Of a DNA stretch of 64,000 nt, positions 22,194 to 31,524 are shown in pieces (the stretch's first letter is position 1; every line of letters begins with the position of its first letter). A program made the translations under genes and the position numbers. The notes below the pieces were generated by a model that made no database searches, was not told the DNA's origin, and saw nothing but the letters and a program-made list of their open reading frames with translations. The stretch is from a virus: the IMG/VR virus record IMGVR_UViG_3300000115_000005; one strand, 5' to 3'.

Positions 22194-22201
22194 TTATTTA
22201 T
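22194..22201 (-). promoter_or_regulatory. T4-type late promoter (CATAAATA) for baseplate operon
   Basis: One mismatch to TATAAATA, ~26 nt upstream of gp48 start; the same octamer recurs at 12198-12205 (-), 22617-22624 (+) and 40782-40789 (+). Confidence 0.65.
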
Positions 22202-22616
22202 GTCATATAAAGGACGATTTAGACCCCAAAACCCAAAGAAATACAAAGGTGACCCAAATAATGTCATTTATAGATCATCATGGGAACTCCGTGTAATGAA
22301 ATATTTAGATAATCAACCAAAAGTGGTCTGGTGGTCATCTGAAGAGTTGTTTGTGCGTTATAGATCACCTATTGATGAAAGAGTACACCGATATTTTCCA
22401 GACTTTATTGTAAAAACAAAAGAACAAACTTTTATGATAGAAGTGAAACCATTTCATCAAACTCAAAAACCGAAACAGAAAAGAAGAACAAAAAAATTTC
22501 TACAAGAAGCCGCTACATATGCTATAAATCAAGAGAAATGGCGAGCTGCCGATATATTTTGTCGTGAACATGGGTGGTTATTTAAGATTGTAACTGAAAA
22601 AGAATTAGGCATTTAG
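22200..22616 (+). CDS. head completion protein gp4 (TnsA-like nuclease fold)
   Basis: YKGRFRPQNPKKYKGD..YRSSWE..WSSEE..HRYFPDF..EVKP. Confidence 0.92.
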   Translation: MSYKGRFRPQNPKKYKGDPNNVIYRSSWELRVMKYLDNQPKVVWWSSEELFVRYRSPIDERVHRYFPDFIVKTKEQTFMIEVKPFHQTQKPKQKRRTKKFLQEAATYAINQEKWRAADIFCREHGWLFKIVTEKELGI

Positions 22617-22624
22617 CATAAATA
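22617..22624 (+). promoter_or_regulatory. T4-type late promoter (CATAAATA)
   Basis: Intergenic, 29 nt upstream of gp54-like gene. Confidence 0.65.
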
Positions 22625-22652
22625 CTTTAAATCTAATCATTAAGGAAAAGTA

Positions 22653-23453
22653 ATGTCATTTTCACCCAATCTGTTTTTAGCAAATATGTCAGCAAAAGAT
22701 GGTCCAGCAAAACCATCTAGATTTGAGGTTATATTACCTATACCACCATATGTAAATCAGGCTGTAGGTAATAGTATCATAGAAAAGATATTAAACTTTC
22801 CAAACTCTATAATTGGTGATGTATCAGACGCTTTTAATGAAGCTTTAGGTCGTGGTGGTAATGAAGGTAATGATTACTCTAAAACATCTAATAGTGCTTT
22901 ATCAAGATACTTAGCTTTACAATGTGAAGCTGCTGAGTTACCAGGAAAAACATTTCAAACGGCTGATGTTAAGATATATGGTCCAATTTTTAAAGTACCA
23001 TATCAAAAAATGTATTCAGATATTAATTTAACTTTTATAGTTTCAAATCAATTCTATGAGAGAAAGTTATTTGAAAGATACATGGAATGTATTATGCCAT
23101 CTGATACAAATAATATGAGATTTCCAAAAGGTGATCGTAGTAGATATTATACAAATATAAAAATTATACAATATGATGATTTAGTCAAACAAATTTATAT
23201 TGTAGAATTACAAGATGCTTTTCCTGTTGGCATAGCTCCAATGGCATTGTCTTGGAGTGATGATGGTTTTCATAGATTAGGTGTTTCATTTGCATATCAA
23301 AAATATGAGGTGAAATATGATGGTGGATTTGATGCAGGTAAGGCTGCAGCTAGTATATTAGGAAATAAAGCTGCATCTCTTATTGGAGGCGGTTTAAGAA
23401 CTTTCGCCTCTTCAAATAAAGTAGGAAGTAATTTTAGTAGAATATTTACATAA
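22653..23453 (+). CDS. tail tube initiator gp54 / gp19-family protein
   Basis: AKPSRFEV, CEAAELPGK, L.DAFP..I..M.LSW. Confidence 0.8.
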   Translation: MSFSPNLFLANMSAKDGPAKPSRFEVILPIPPYVNQAVGNSIIEKILNFPNSIIGDVSDAFNEALGRGGNEGNDYSKTSNSALSRYLALQCEAAELPGKTFQTADVKIYGPIFKVPYQKMYSDINLTFIVSNQFYERKLFERYMECIMPSDTNNMRFPKGDRSRYYTNIKIIQYDDLVKQIYIVELQDAFPVGIAPMALSWSDDGFHRLGVSFAYQKYEVKYDGGFDAGKAAASILGNKAASLIGGGLRTFASSNKVGSNFSRIFT

Positions 23454-23465
23454 AGGTGAAAAATT

Positions 23466-24182
23466 ATGTTACCAAAGTTAGATACACCGGTATTTGAGGT
23501 AAAACTCTTATCAACTGGCAAAGCAGTAAAATTTAGACCATTTTTGGTCAAAGAGCAAAAATTATTTTTAATGGCTTCTGAGTCTGAAGATTCCAAAGAA
23601 ATGGTATCAACAATTAGACAAGTTTTAAATAACTGTATTGTTGATGAAATAGATGTAAACAGTTTACCATCTTTTGATTTGGAATATCTCTTTATGAATT
23701 TAAGAGCTAGATCAGTCGAAGAAGTGGTGAATCTGAAGTATAAATGTAATCAAATGGTTGAAGAAAAAAAATGTAATCATGTTGTAGAGTTTGATGTGAA
23801 CATTTTAGAAATTGAACCCACAATACATGAGGGTCATGAAAATAAAATACCTCTTACTGATAAACTAGGTGTTTGTTTGAAATATCCAACTTTTGAGATA
23901 TTTGAAAAAGTTGATCAATTAAATGATAATGATGCCATGATGAAAATATTAATTGATTGTATTGATTATGTTTATGATGAAGATCAGGTGTATTATGCAA
24001 AAGATACTACACCAAAAGAATTAGAAGAATTTGTTGATAGTATGCAACAAAAAGATTTAGAAAAATTTAAAAACTTTTTTGATACAATGCCAGAAATTAA
24101 AAAAGAATTAGATTTTAAATGTGAGAAGTGCGGTCATGAAGAAAATATTACTGTTAAAGGTATACAGAGTTTTTTCGTCTGA
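23466..24182 (+). CDS. baseplate hub assembly protein gp26
   Basis: LPKLDTP, FRPFLVKEQK, FDLEYLF..LRARSV.E, CxxC, ends G.QSFF. Confidence 0.92.
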   Translation: MLPKLDTPVFEVKLLSTGKAVKFRPFLVKEQKLFLMASESEDSKEMVSTIRQVLNNCIVDEIDVNSLPSFDLEYLFMNLRARSVEEVVNLKYKCNQMVEEKKCNHVVEFDVNILEIEPTIHEGHENKIPLTDKLGVCLKYPTFEIFEKVDQLNDNDAMMKILIDCIDYVYDEDQVYYAKDTTPKELEEFVDSMQQKDLEKFKNFFDTMPEIKKELDFKCEKCGHEENITVKGIQSFFV

Positions 24183-24232
24183 TCTTTCGTTATGATACAT
24201 TAAAGAATTATTTTGAAACAAACTTCGCTTTA

Positions 24233-24379
24233 ATGCAGTACCACAAATACAGTTTAACTGAGTTAGAAAATATGATGCCATGGGAGAGAAACATTTATAT
24301 TCATTTACTTACAGATCATATTAAAAAAGAAAATGAAAGAATAGAAATGCAAAAACAAATGAATAAGGCTAGAAGATAA
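24233..24379 (+). CDS. baseplate hub assembly catalyst gp51 (frame open from 24170; possibly reached by -1 frameshift from gp26)
   Basis: Not in ORF track. (NYFETNFAL)MQYHKYSLTELENMMPWERNIYI matches the gp51 signature. Confidence 0.85.
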   Translation: MQYHKYSLTELENMMPWERNIYIHLLTDHIKKENERIEMQKQMNKARR

Positions 24380-26026
24380 ATGGTAGATTTTGCCAAAAAA
24401 TATATGTCATCCATAGAAGGTGGTGGCGGTCTTGTAAGTAGTCTAGGCACGGCAGCCAAAGGAGTTGGTAAAGATATTGCTGGTAAATTTAGTAGAAAAA
24501 GTATAGTATCAGCTGCTTTACCTGGAGATGATATAATTTCAGTATTAGGCCGTAGAGCTCTTGGTGGTGGGAAAGACAAAGATGATAATGTTAAGAAAAA
24601 AGAACTCGCAGGATCCGTAACTCAAGTAACTAAAGCCGTTCAAGAGGGTTCAGCTAAAGAAATGTCTATATTGAAAAGTATAGCACAAAATTCAATGTCT
24701 TTACCAGGAATTGCTCGTGATGTAAATGTGTTAAGACAAAATATGCAAAAGCTCGTAAAGATTGAAGGCGGTGAAAAGAAAACTGGTGCTGATGAATTTT
24801 TTAAGACACAAGATCAAAGAGAAGCTGATTTAGAGGCACAAACTGGTGGACCAGAAAAAGTGGTTGAAAAAGAAGCTGGTGATGCTAAGAGCGGTGGTGG
24901 TATTTTTGGCATGATTAGAGCAATCGGTAATGGGATTAAGGCAGCTCTTAAAAAAATATTTTCTAAAGCAATGTTAAAAAAAGTTCTTAAAGGAGCTTTG
25001 AATGTGGGCAAAAGAGCTTTTCTTCCAGTTACAATAGTTCTTGGTTTATTTAAATTTTTTACAGATGCTATTGAAGATTATAAAGAAACTGGGAGTCTAA
25101 AGAGCGCTATTATGGCAGGCCTTGGCGGTATATTAAAATTTCTCACATTTGGATTTTTTGGTAGGGAAACGCTTGAAAACATATATGGTAAGATAGAAAC
25201 ATTTTTTAATCCTATTTTTAATAAAATTTCAGAGATATTTAATAGTTTTAAAAACTTCATAATAGAAACTCTCAATAAAGTATTACCTGATGATATGCAA
25301 ATTAAAAGTGGACCAGATCAAACGATAGATACAGATAGTGTGCCAACACCACCTGCTATTGATGCTGACATAAGTGAAGAGGAAATAAAAGAGAATATAC
25401 AATCAGCTGAAACACCAACCAAAGAGGAAATAAAAGAGAATATACAATCAGCTGAAACACCAACCACAGAGGAAACTGGTGCTGTTAATGTATCTTATTC
25501 CCCATCAAATTTAGAAAGATCATCACCAGTATCATCTGAAAATAATATAGATCAAGATGCAGTTGTAAATGAACTTAAAGTTGGTGTGCAACAATTAAGA
25601 GATTCTCCCAATAAACAGCAAGGTATTATGGACATGATGGGAAATTTGTCACAAAAATTTAGTGGATTTAAAGGTCAAGAATCAACACTAGAATCAAGAG
25701 CTGAAAATGTGCAACAAACAAATGACTCTCTCACTAATATGTTTAAGAATTTTGGGTCGAGTATGAACACGCCTACCACAAGCGATACTTATAATATGAA
25801 GCCAGTAGAAGTCCCACCTCCAGAACCATCAAGCGGAAGTCAAATGAATCAAAAATCATCTCAATTATCTGAAAGTCAAAGAATGGAATCTGTTCCTGAT
25901 ATAGGTGATATGATGAACCGTATTATTAATAATAATAGTCAAGGTAGTACAGGTGGTGGTGGCAAAGGCAAACCTGCTGATGTTTACGATTCAACATTAA
26001 ATAAGGCGTTAGGGGTAGCAATCTAA
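24380..26026 (+). CDS. tape-measure/baseplate hub (gp29-like) protein
   Basis: Follows gp26/gp51; helical with central hydrophobic segments. Confidence 0.55.
   Translation: MVDFAKKYMSSIEGGGGLVSSLGTAAKGVGKDIAGKFSRKSIVSAALPGDDIISVLGRRALGGGKDKDDNVKKKELAGSVTQVTKAVQEGSAKEMSILKSIAQNSMSLPGIARDVNVLRQNMQKLVKIEGGEKKTGADEFFKTQDQREADLEAQTGGPEKVVEKEAGDAKSGGGIFGMIRAIGNGIKAALKKIFSKAMLKKVLKGALNVGKRAFLPVTIVLGLFKFFTDAIEDYKETGSLKSAIMAGLGGILKFLTFGFFGRETLENIYGKIETFFNPIFNKISEIFNSFKNFIIETLNKVLPDDMQIKSGPDQTIDTDSVPTPPAIDADISEEEIKENIQSAETPTKEEIKENIQSAETPTTEETGAVNVSYSPSNLERSSPVSSENNIDQDAVVNELKVGVQQLRDSPNKQQGIMDMMGNLSQKFSGFKGQESTLESRAENVQQTNDSLTNMFKNFGSSMNTPTTSDTYNMKPVEVPPPEPSSGSQMNQKSSQLSESQRMESVPDIGDMMNRIINNNSQGSTGGGGKGKPADVYDSTLNKALGVAI
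25377..25475 (+). repeat. 45-bp tandem duplication (EEIKENIQSAETPT x2)
   Basis: aagaggaaataaaagagaatatacaatcagctgaaacaccaacca occurs twice with period 45. Confidence 0.95.
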
Positions 26027-27666
26027 TGGCACTTAAAGACCTTTTAGATAACGTAGAAAAAAATACCTCCGAAAAAGAAAAAGTATTAAAAAGTATTGGT
26101 GAAAACTTTATGGCTCTCTCTGGTATAGCCAGAGATTTGAATGTCGCAGGTCAAAATCTAGCAATAGTTTTAGAAGGTAGAGATGTTGACCCATCTAAAA
26201 AACAAGATGCTTTCTTTTTAAAAGAAGAAGAGAGAGAGAAGAAATTAGAAGTTGAATTAGGTAAAGATGAAGGTGTAACTCAAGTAACAAGTGGTAAAAA
26301 GAAAAAAAGTTTCTTTGAATCATTAAAAGATATGTTAAAACCTGGTAAAATATTTAAAATATTAGTTGGTGTTTTAGCCATCGGTGGTCTTATGGCAGTT
26401 GTCTTTAAAAATTTTAAAGATGAAATAATGGAAACAATGAAAGATATTCCTAAAATACTTAAAGAAAAATTTACAGAATATACTCAAAAAATAAAAGACG
26501 TTTTTATAAATGCAGTTGAAAGTTTAAAAGAAAAAGTTAAGCCGTTATATGAAGATTTTGCTGAGAATGTAGGTGAGTTTTTTAGTAAAATAGGAGAAAG
26601 AGTAACAGCAATGTTTTCTAAGGTTGTTAATTTTTTTAGCCCTGTTGTAAATTTACTTAAAAAAGGGTATGAATTAGTAATGTCTGCAATAAAAAAAATT
26701 CCTTTTGCCGATTTAATTATACCAAAAACTGAACAAGAAAAAAAGAAAGAGGTATCAGAAAGACGAAGAAAAAAACTTAGAAAACAAGTCATACGAGAAT
26801 TAAAAAGAGAGGATAAATTAATAGATGTATCTTTTTTTGAAAAAATTGGAGCTAGAGGTGAAGATGCAAAGATAAGAGCCAGATTACAAGAAGAAGCAAA
26901 CCAAAGACTTATTGAATTAAAACTTGAAAGAAAACTTAAAGCAATTGAAGAGATACAAGAAGAATCTGGTGTAAAAGAACCAAAAACAAAACCAACACCT
27001 ATAACTGAAGATCCTGCAAAGAAAAAAACGGTTACAAAAATAATTGGTGATGAAGATATTAAAGCAATGATTAAACAACACGAAGGTTACCGTGATAAAC
27101 CATATAAAGATTCAGAGGGTTTATGGACCATTGGTTATGGACATTTAATTGGTGATGGTAAATCTTTACCCGATAGTATGAATAGAAAATTTAGTAAACA
27201 AGAAATTGATGAAATGTTTGAAGAAGATTATGCTCATCATAAAAAAATAGCTGAGAGAACACCTGGTTATAATAAAGCTAATTATACTGGTCAAGCAGCT
27301 ATGATAGATTTAGGTTTCAACATGGGTAAATGGTGGCCAGAATGGCCAGTTACATCTAAGGCTTTGAGAGAGGGTAATTTTACAGCAGCTGCAAGAGGTC
27401 TTGAAGATAGTCAATGGTATGGACAAGTTGGTATAAGAGCACCAAAAATAGTTGCAATGATTGAACAAGGTGATATAAAAGGACCAACTGGTGATGATAT
27501 TGCTTCAGGTTCATCATCAATTAGTGCGGCTCATAGTCAACAAAGAAAACCAAAAACACCTATGATTGTAAACAATATATCAAACAATAATAGAAGCCTT
27601 AATGTGCAAAATGATGTTATTGCAAAAGATAATTCTAGTATAAACCCATCAGAAAATTACGCCTAA
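26026..27666 (+). CDS. tape-measure-like protein with C-terminal T4-type (GH24) lysozyme domain
   Basis: HEGYRDKPYKDSEGLWTIGYGH, MIDLGFNMG, DSQWYGQVGIRA. Confidence 0.85.
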   Translation: MALKDLLDNVEKNTSEKEKVLKSIGENFMALSGIARDLNVAGQNLAIVLEGRDVDPSKKQDAFFLKEEEREKKLEVELGKDEGVTQVTSGKKKKSFFESLKDMLKPGKIFKILVGVLAIGGLMAVVFKNFKDEIMETMKDIPKILKEKFTEYTQKIKDVFINAVESLKEKVKPLYEDFAENVGEFFSKIGERVTAMFSKVVNFFSPVVNLLKKGYELVMSAIKKIPFADLIIPKTEQEKKKEVSERRRKKLRKQVIRELKREDKLIDVSFFEKIGARGEDAKIRARLQEEANQRLIELKLERKLKAIEEIQEESGVKEPKTKPTPITEDPAKKKTVTKIIGDEDIKAMIKQHEGYRDKPYKDSEGLWTIGYGHLIGDGKSLPDSMNRKFSKQEIDEMFEEDYAHHKKIAERTPGYNKANYTGQAAMIDLGFNMGKWWPEWPVTSKALREGNFTAAARGLEDSQWYGQVGIRAPKIVAMIEQGDIKGPTGDDIASGSSSISAAHSQQRKPKTPMIVNNISNNNRSLNVQNDVIAKDNSSINPSENYA

Positions 27667-27690
27667 AAAAAACCCCGCCGAAGCGGGGTT
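27665..27690. terminator. intrinsic terminator between convergent genes
   Basis: A8-ccccgc-cgaa-gcgggg hairpin; U-tract on minus strand downstream of gp32. Confidence 0.9.
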
Positions 27691-27714
27691 CAAAATGTTC
27701 ATAATGTGAACAAT

Positions 27715-28596
27715 TTAGTTATTCACTAAATCTTTAAAATGATTCAAATCATCTTCTTCAGTTACTTCTGAAGTATCAAACGTAGATGCTTCATCATCTG
27801 TAATTACATTTGTTTCAGCCTTAGTTTTTGGTAAATCAGTACCATCAATACCTAAAACTTTATCTAATCTAGCTTTGAGTAAATCATAAGATTTGAAGTT
27901 ACCAGGAGAAACAAACTCTTTTAAAGAATACTCTTGGTCGAAAAGCTTTTTCAACTTATCTTCATCACCATCAAATAAAGCATTAGGACTTGCAAATTCA
28001 GACTTATCATAATTACGATAACCTTCTACTTTGCGAATCTTAAGCTTGAAGTTAGCACCTTCCCAAAAGTCAAATGGGTTGATTGCTGTTTCATCTTGAA
28101 ACTCAGGATTCATTGCTTCTGAAAGTTTATCAAATATTTTCTTACCAAATTTATAAAGAAAAACTTTACCTTCATTCTCTGGATTAGATGGGTCAGAAAC
28201 GACCATAATATTTGATATGTGAGAAAGCTTACGCTTCTGTTTTCTAGCAATATCTTTGTTTGCTTCAATACCAGAATTCCAGAGAACTGAATTGTATTCA
28301 CTTACTGGATCTTTTTGGTTTAAAGTAGTAAGGGAGTTTTCAATGTACCAACCACCTGGACCTTGAAAACCATGTGAGAATAATCTTACCCATGGCAATG
28401 AATCATCACCATCTAATGGTGGTGCAGGTAAAAAACGAATAACTGCCATACCATTACCAGATTTATCTACTGTTGGTTGCCAGAATCTTGTATCATCTCT
28501 GGAACCAGCTTCAGCTGGTGCAGCTGAAGATTGTATCGCTTTATTTAGCTTAGCTAAAGAGTTGCGATCCCTCTTGAGGTTTGCAAAACTGCTCAT
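27715..28596 (-). CDS. single-stranded DNA-binding protein gp32
   Basis: DTRFWQP..DKSGNG.AVIRFLP, HGFQGPGGWYIEN, NPFDFWEGANFKLKI, acidic tail. Confidence 0.97.
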   Translation of the reverse strand: MSSFANLKRDRNSLAKLNKAIQSSAAPAEAGSRDDTRFWQPTVDKSGNGMAVIRFLPAPPLDGDDSLPWVRLFSHGFQGPGGWYIENSLTTLNQKDPVSEYNSVLWNSGIEANKDIARKQKRKLSHISNIMVVSDPSNPENEGKVFLYKFGKKIFDKLSEAMNPEFQDETAINPFDFWEGANFKLKIRKVEGYRNYDKSEFASPNALFDGDEDKLKKLFDQEYSLKEFVSPGNFKSYDLLKARLDKVLGIDGTDLPKTKAETNVITDDEASTFDTSEVTEEDDLNHFKDLVNN

Positions 28597-28652
28597 AATA
28601 TTCCTTTCGTATTAACGTAGTATTAACGGAGTATAAACGACTTATCCACATA

Positions 28653-28681
28653 ATCATAACATAAATTATTTTAGGTGTCAA
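28653..28681 (-). promoter_or_regulatory. sigma70-type promoter for gp32
   Basis: TTGACA-17-TATGAT. Confidence 0.75.
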
Positions 28682-29230
28682 CTAAAATTCGGTTTCTTGC
28701 CTTGAAGAAAATGAAATTGGTGTTATAAAGTTCACTTGTTCAAATGCAAATGTTCTGTGCCCTCTCATAGCAGTATGAAATTCTCCTGCACGATTTGGGT
28801 GGAAGTTTCCAACACTTTCTTTTTTACCTTTACCTGGATACCCACCTTCTTTTGTACCATGTAAATGAGCTTCATCAGAATCATGTGATTTGTGTAATAC
28901 AGAATCTTGTCCATATTTTTCACCATGTTTCTTGAGAAAACCTTTTAATTCACCACCATCTTTACCTTTCTTACCAACAACTAGATAAGAATGTTCATCA
29001 ACTGGTCTTGCTTGTGGTGTGCCATGATTTTCGATATAACGGCCCTTTACTCGTATGAAGCCGTGACCAGCTTTACGAATATCTTTCTCTAAAGATTTAT
29101 TTCTAGATTTATTTTCACCAGATGTATTCTCACCACGGTGAGCAGTAATCATACCAATGTTTCTGCCTTGAGTGTGTGAATGTACTCTGCTTAAGCTAGA
29201 TTCGTTGTATAGTGTTTTAAACTTTTTCAT
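28682..29230 (-). CDS. conserved basic protein, candidate internal head protein
   Basis: MKKFKTLYNE N-terminus; ITAHRG..N..RN..L..YGQDSVL core; TATAAATA at 29237-29244. Confidence 0.55.
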   Translation of the reverse strand: MKKFKTLYNESSLSRVHSHTQGRNIGMITAHRGENTSGENKSRNKSLEKDIRKAGHGFIRVKGRYIENHGTPQARPVDEHSYLVVGKKGKDGGELKGFLKKHGEKYGQDSVLHKSHDSDEAHLHGTKEGGYPGKGKKESVGNFHPNRAGEFHTAMRGHRTFAFEQVNFITPISFSSRQETEF

Positions 29231-29825
29231 GTTCTTTATTTATAACCTCTTTTAAAACAAGTTTATATTGTACCTCATTATACTTTACAAATGGGGCATA
29301 CTTGATTATTTTTCGGCAATATTCAGGCCATCTAATAGTATCAGTTATCTTTCTATTCCAAGTTCCAAAAAACTTTAGGATCGAATTTAAAATACATATG
29401 GTTTCAATCTCAACTTCCTTTTGTAATGCCTTTTTTAGTAATATTGGGTAGTCACCAGATGTTTTTAGTACATCATTCGGATTTTCTAAACCCTCAAATA
29501 AATTTAAACAATCATTTTTAAAAGTGTAAGATAGAGATTGTATAACCTTTTGTCTTTTTAAATATACTGTGTTTGACTTTTCCTCCAGTAAATCACCGAT
29601 CCATAAGTTTTCGTTTTCTAAAAGATTCGCTATGACAAATGAAATTAGTTCTTCTCTTTTTATATATCTCCTTGAGATTTTGTAGAAAAACCATTTATCT
29701 TTCCTATTTTCAAAAGCATTAACTGATACTCTAGATTTACCACCATACTTAAAATAATCAAAACTATCTTTTGTAAAGTGTAGCTTCAACGAGTTGAAAA
29801 GAGCAAATGTTTCATAACCGGTCAT
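29217..29825 (-). CDS. helicase loader gp59
   Basis: LKLHFT..FDYFKYGGK..F..RKDK.FF; adjacent to gp32/gp33. Confidence 0.9.
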   Translation of the reverse strand: MTGYETFALFNSLKLHFTKDSFDYFKYGGKSRVSVNAFENRKDKWFFYKISRRYIKREELISFVIANLLENENLWIGDLLEEKSNTVYLKRQKVIQSLSYTFKNDCLNLFEGLENPNDVLKTSGDYPILLKKALQKEVEIETICILNSILKFFGTWNRKITDTIRWPEYCRKIIKYAPFVKYNEVQYKLVLKEVINKEHEKV

Positions 29826-30046
29826 ATAGGTAACTTTGAATCTTTAGTTTTTAATAAATTTAATTCACTTGCTTGTAACTCAATTTTAGATTTCAAATTA
29901 GCATTTACAAGTGAGGCGGCTACTTCTATTTCCAATTCAGTTTCTTTACAGTATTCTACAATTGCTTCTATATAAGTATAATCTGTGGTTGAAACTTTTT
30001 CTTCTATGGATACAGCAAACTTTTTCATTTCATCTTTTGTAGCCAT
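29822..30046 (-). CDS. late transcription coactivator gp33
   Basis: YIEAIVEYC..E.E.E..LV..LK.KI..A..LNLL..LP. Confidence 0.9.
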   Translation of the reverse strand: MATKDEMKKFAVSIEEKVSTTDYTYIEAIVEYCKETELEIEVAASLVNANLKSKIELQASELNLLKTKDSKLPI

Positions 30047-30049
30047 ATA

Positions 30050-30550
30050 TTATGCACCACCATAATAAAGATTGCGGTAGTCCGTTGCATTTGGAGATGA
30101 TGGTATACTCTCATCACTAGGACTATCTACTCTTAGAGTAGCTTCAGCAGGTCTATCTGATGGAAAAGGCCAAGTTGATTGTAATGCAGCCTTTTCATTC
30201 TCTTCATTTTGTCTATAAACAAGTTCTTGGTCTATAACTTTTTCCCAAGTTGTCTTTGTATCAGTAGCTGACCCATGTTGACCATTTAATTGGCCTTGAC
30301 CATTACTATAATATATACTATCGCTATCAGTTGTCATAAGTGTTTGACCATCAAATTGAAATTTCATTTGATTGTTGTTGTTTTCATCTTCATCTTCATT
30401 ATCAACATCTAAAGCTTCAGATGGAAAATCTGATTCAATTAAGTTTTGAAAATCATGTTGAAGATTAATAATGTCTATTAGATCATCAACTTCTTTATTG
30501 ATAATAACAGAATTATTATCACTTGTGTATTCAATTTTTAAATTTGCCAC
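30050..30550 (-). CDS. acidic hypothetical protein
   Basis: GTG start with GGAG RBS; in operon. Confidence 0.6.
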   Translation of the reverse strand: MANLKIEYTSDNNSVIINKEVDDLIDIINLQHDFQNLIESDFPSEALDVDNEDEDENNNNQMKFQFDGQTLMTTDSDSIYYSNGQGQLNGQHGSATDTKTTWEKVIDQELVYRQNEENEKAALQSTWPFPSDRPAEATLRVDSPSDESIPSSPNATDYRNLYYGGA

Positions 30551-30560
30551 CGCACTTCTC

Positions 30561-30773
30561 CTAAGTTAGAAATAAAGTATATAATCCAAGTGCAACAATT
30601 ATTGCACCTACGCTTTTTAAAATGATAGCCGTGAACCTTGAAAAAGCCCACAATACCACTACAATCAATATAACAAACACAACATCAGATTTATCACCTG
30701 TGTTTACAAGATCATCTGTTTGTGTTTTTAAATCACTAATTGTTTCTTCAACTGTTTCAGTAATAAACGGCAT
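30561..30773 (-). CDS. small membrane protein
   Basis: Two hydrophobic segments; GAGG RBS. Confidence 0.6.
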   Translation of the reverse strand: MPFITETVEETISDLKTQTDDLVNTGDKSDVVFVILIVVVLWAFSRFTAIILKSVGAIIVALGLYTLFLT

Positions 30774-30805
30774 TTCTTACCTCACTTTTTTCATAATATA
30801 ACACC

Positions 30806-30834
30806 ATTATATCTACTGATTTATGAATTGTCAA
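30806..30834 (-). promoter_or_regulatory. consensus sigma70 promoter
   Basis: TTGACA-17-TATAAT, perfect match. Confidence 0.85.
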
Positions 30835-31520
30835 CCATTTAATTTGGCCCAATAACTATCAACATATTGCCTAAGTGGTTGTATGTAATCATCTTTTTCT
30901 TTTATAAAGCATTGGGGTTCTTCATTATATACAGCTATCAAAACAACAAGTTTCAATGGCTTATCAGTTGGTACTAATTCTTCAAACATTTCAGCATAAG
31001 CCGTACATTGCATAAAATAGTTTGTGATCCATTCTTCTTTTTTTGGCTTACTAGAGGTCTTAAAATCTATTATAGCCATTTGATCATCCCAATCAGCTAT
31101 ACAATCTACTCGACCAGCCAATCTCCAAGAGTCTGAATATAAAGCTTGTTCTGTTGCATATACATTACCGATACGTTCTTTCATAATTGGTTTTATACTA
31201 TAAAACATTTGTTGAACATCAGGCATTAAAGAACGTACTTTATTTTCAGGTAAATTGTTTAAAAGGTAATTTTCACATAATGAATGTACTCTAGTTCCAC
31301 GACCAGCGGCGATTCTAGATATTTTATTTGCTTCTTGTTCTCCAACTCTTGCTCGCCAAGCTAGAATTGATTTTTTATTGTATTCAGATAAAACTGTGGT
31401 AACAGATGGGTAGGCATCACCACTTGGTGTTAGGTAACGCCTACCTTCCTCTGTGGTTCGTGTTTTTAAGTCAAAGTCTAATTCTTTGAACTTACTTTGT
31501 TTAAATTCATCATCTAACAT
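30831..31520 (-). CDS. PD-(D/E)XK exonuclease
   Basis: YPSVTTVL, RGTRVH, AGRVDCIA, IIDFKTS, YFMQCTAYA. Confidence 0.9.
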   Translation of the reverse strand: MLDDEFKQSKFKELDFDLKTRTTEEGRRYLTPSGDAYPSVTTVLSEYNKKSILAWRARVGEQEANKISRIAAGRGTRVHSLCENYLLNNLPENKVRSLMPDVQQMFYSIKPIMKERIGNVYATEQALYSDSWRLAGRVDCIADWDDQMAIIDFKTSSKPKKEEWITNYFMQCTAYAEMFEELVPTDKPLKLVVLIAVYNEEPQCFIKEKDDYIQPLRQYVDSYWAKLNG

Positions 31521-31524
31521 TTAT

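Noticed and set aside
27696-27712. Palindrome TGTTCA-TAATG-TGAACA
   Set aside because: Different spacing from the promoter-associated motif and lies at convergent gene ends; single occurrence
30831-31520. Cas4 / CRISPR association
   Set aside because: Lacks the four-Cys Fe-S pattern; it is the ordinary T4-like exonuclease near gp33/gp59
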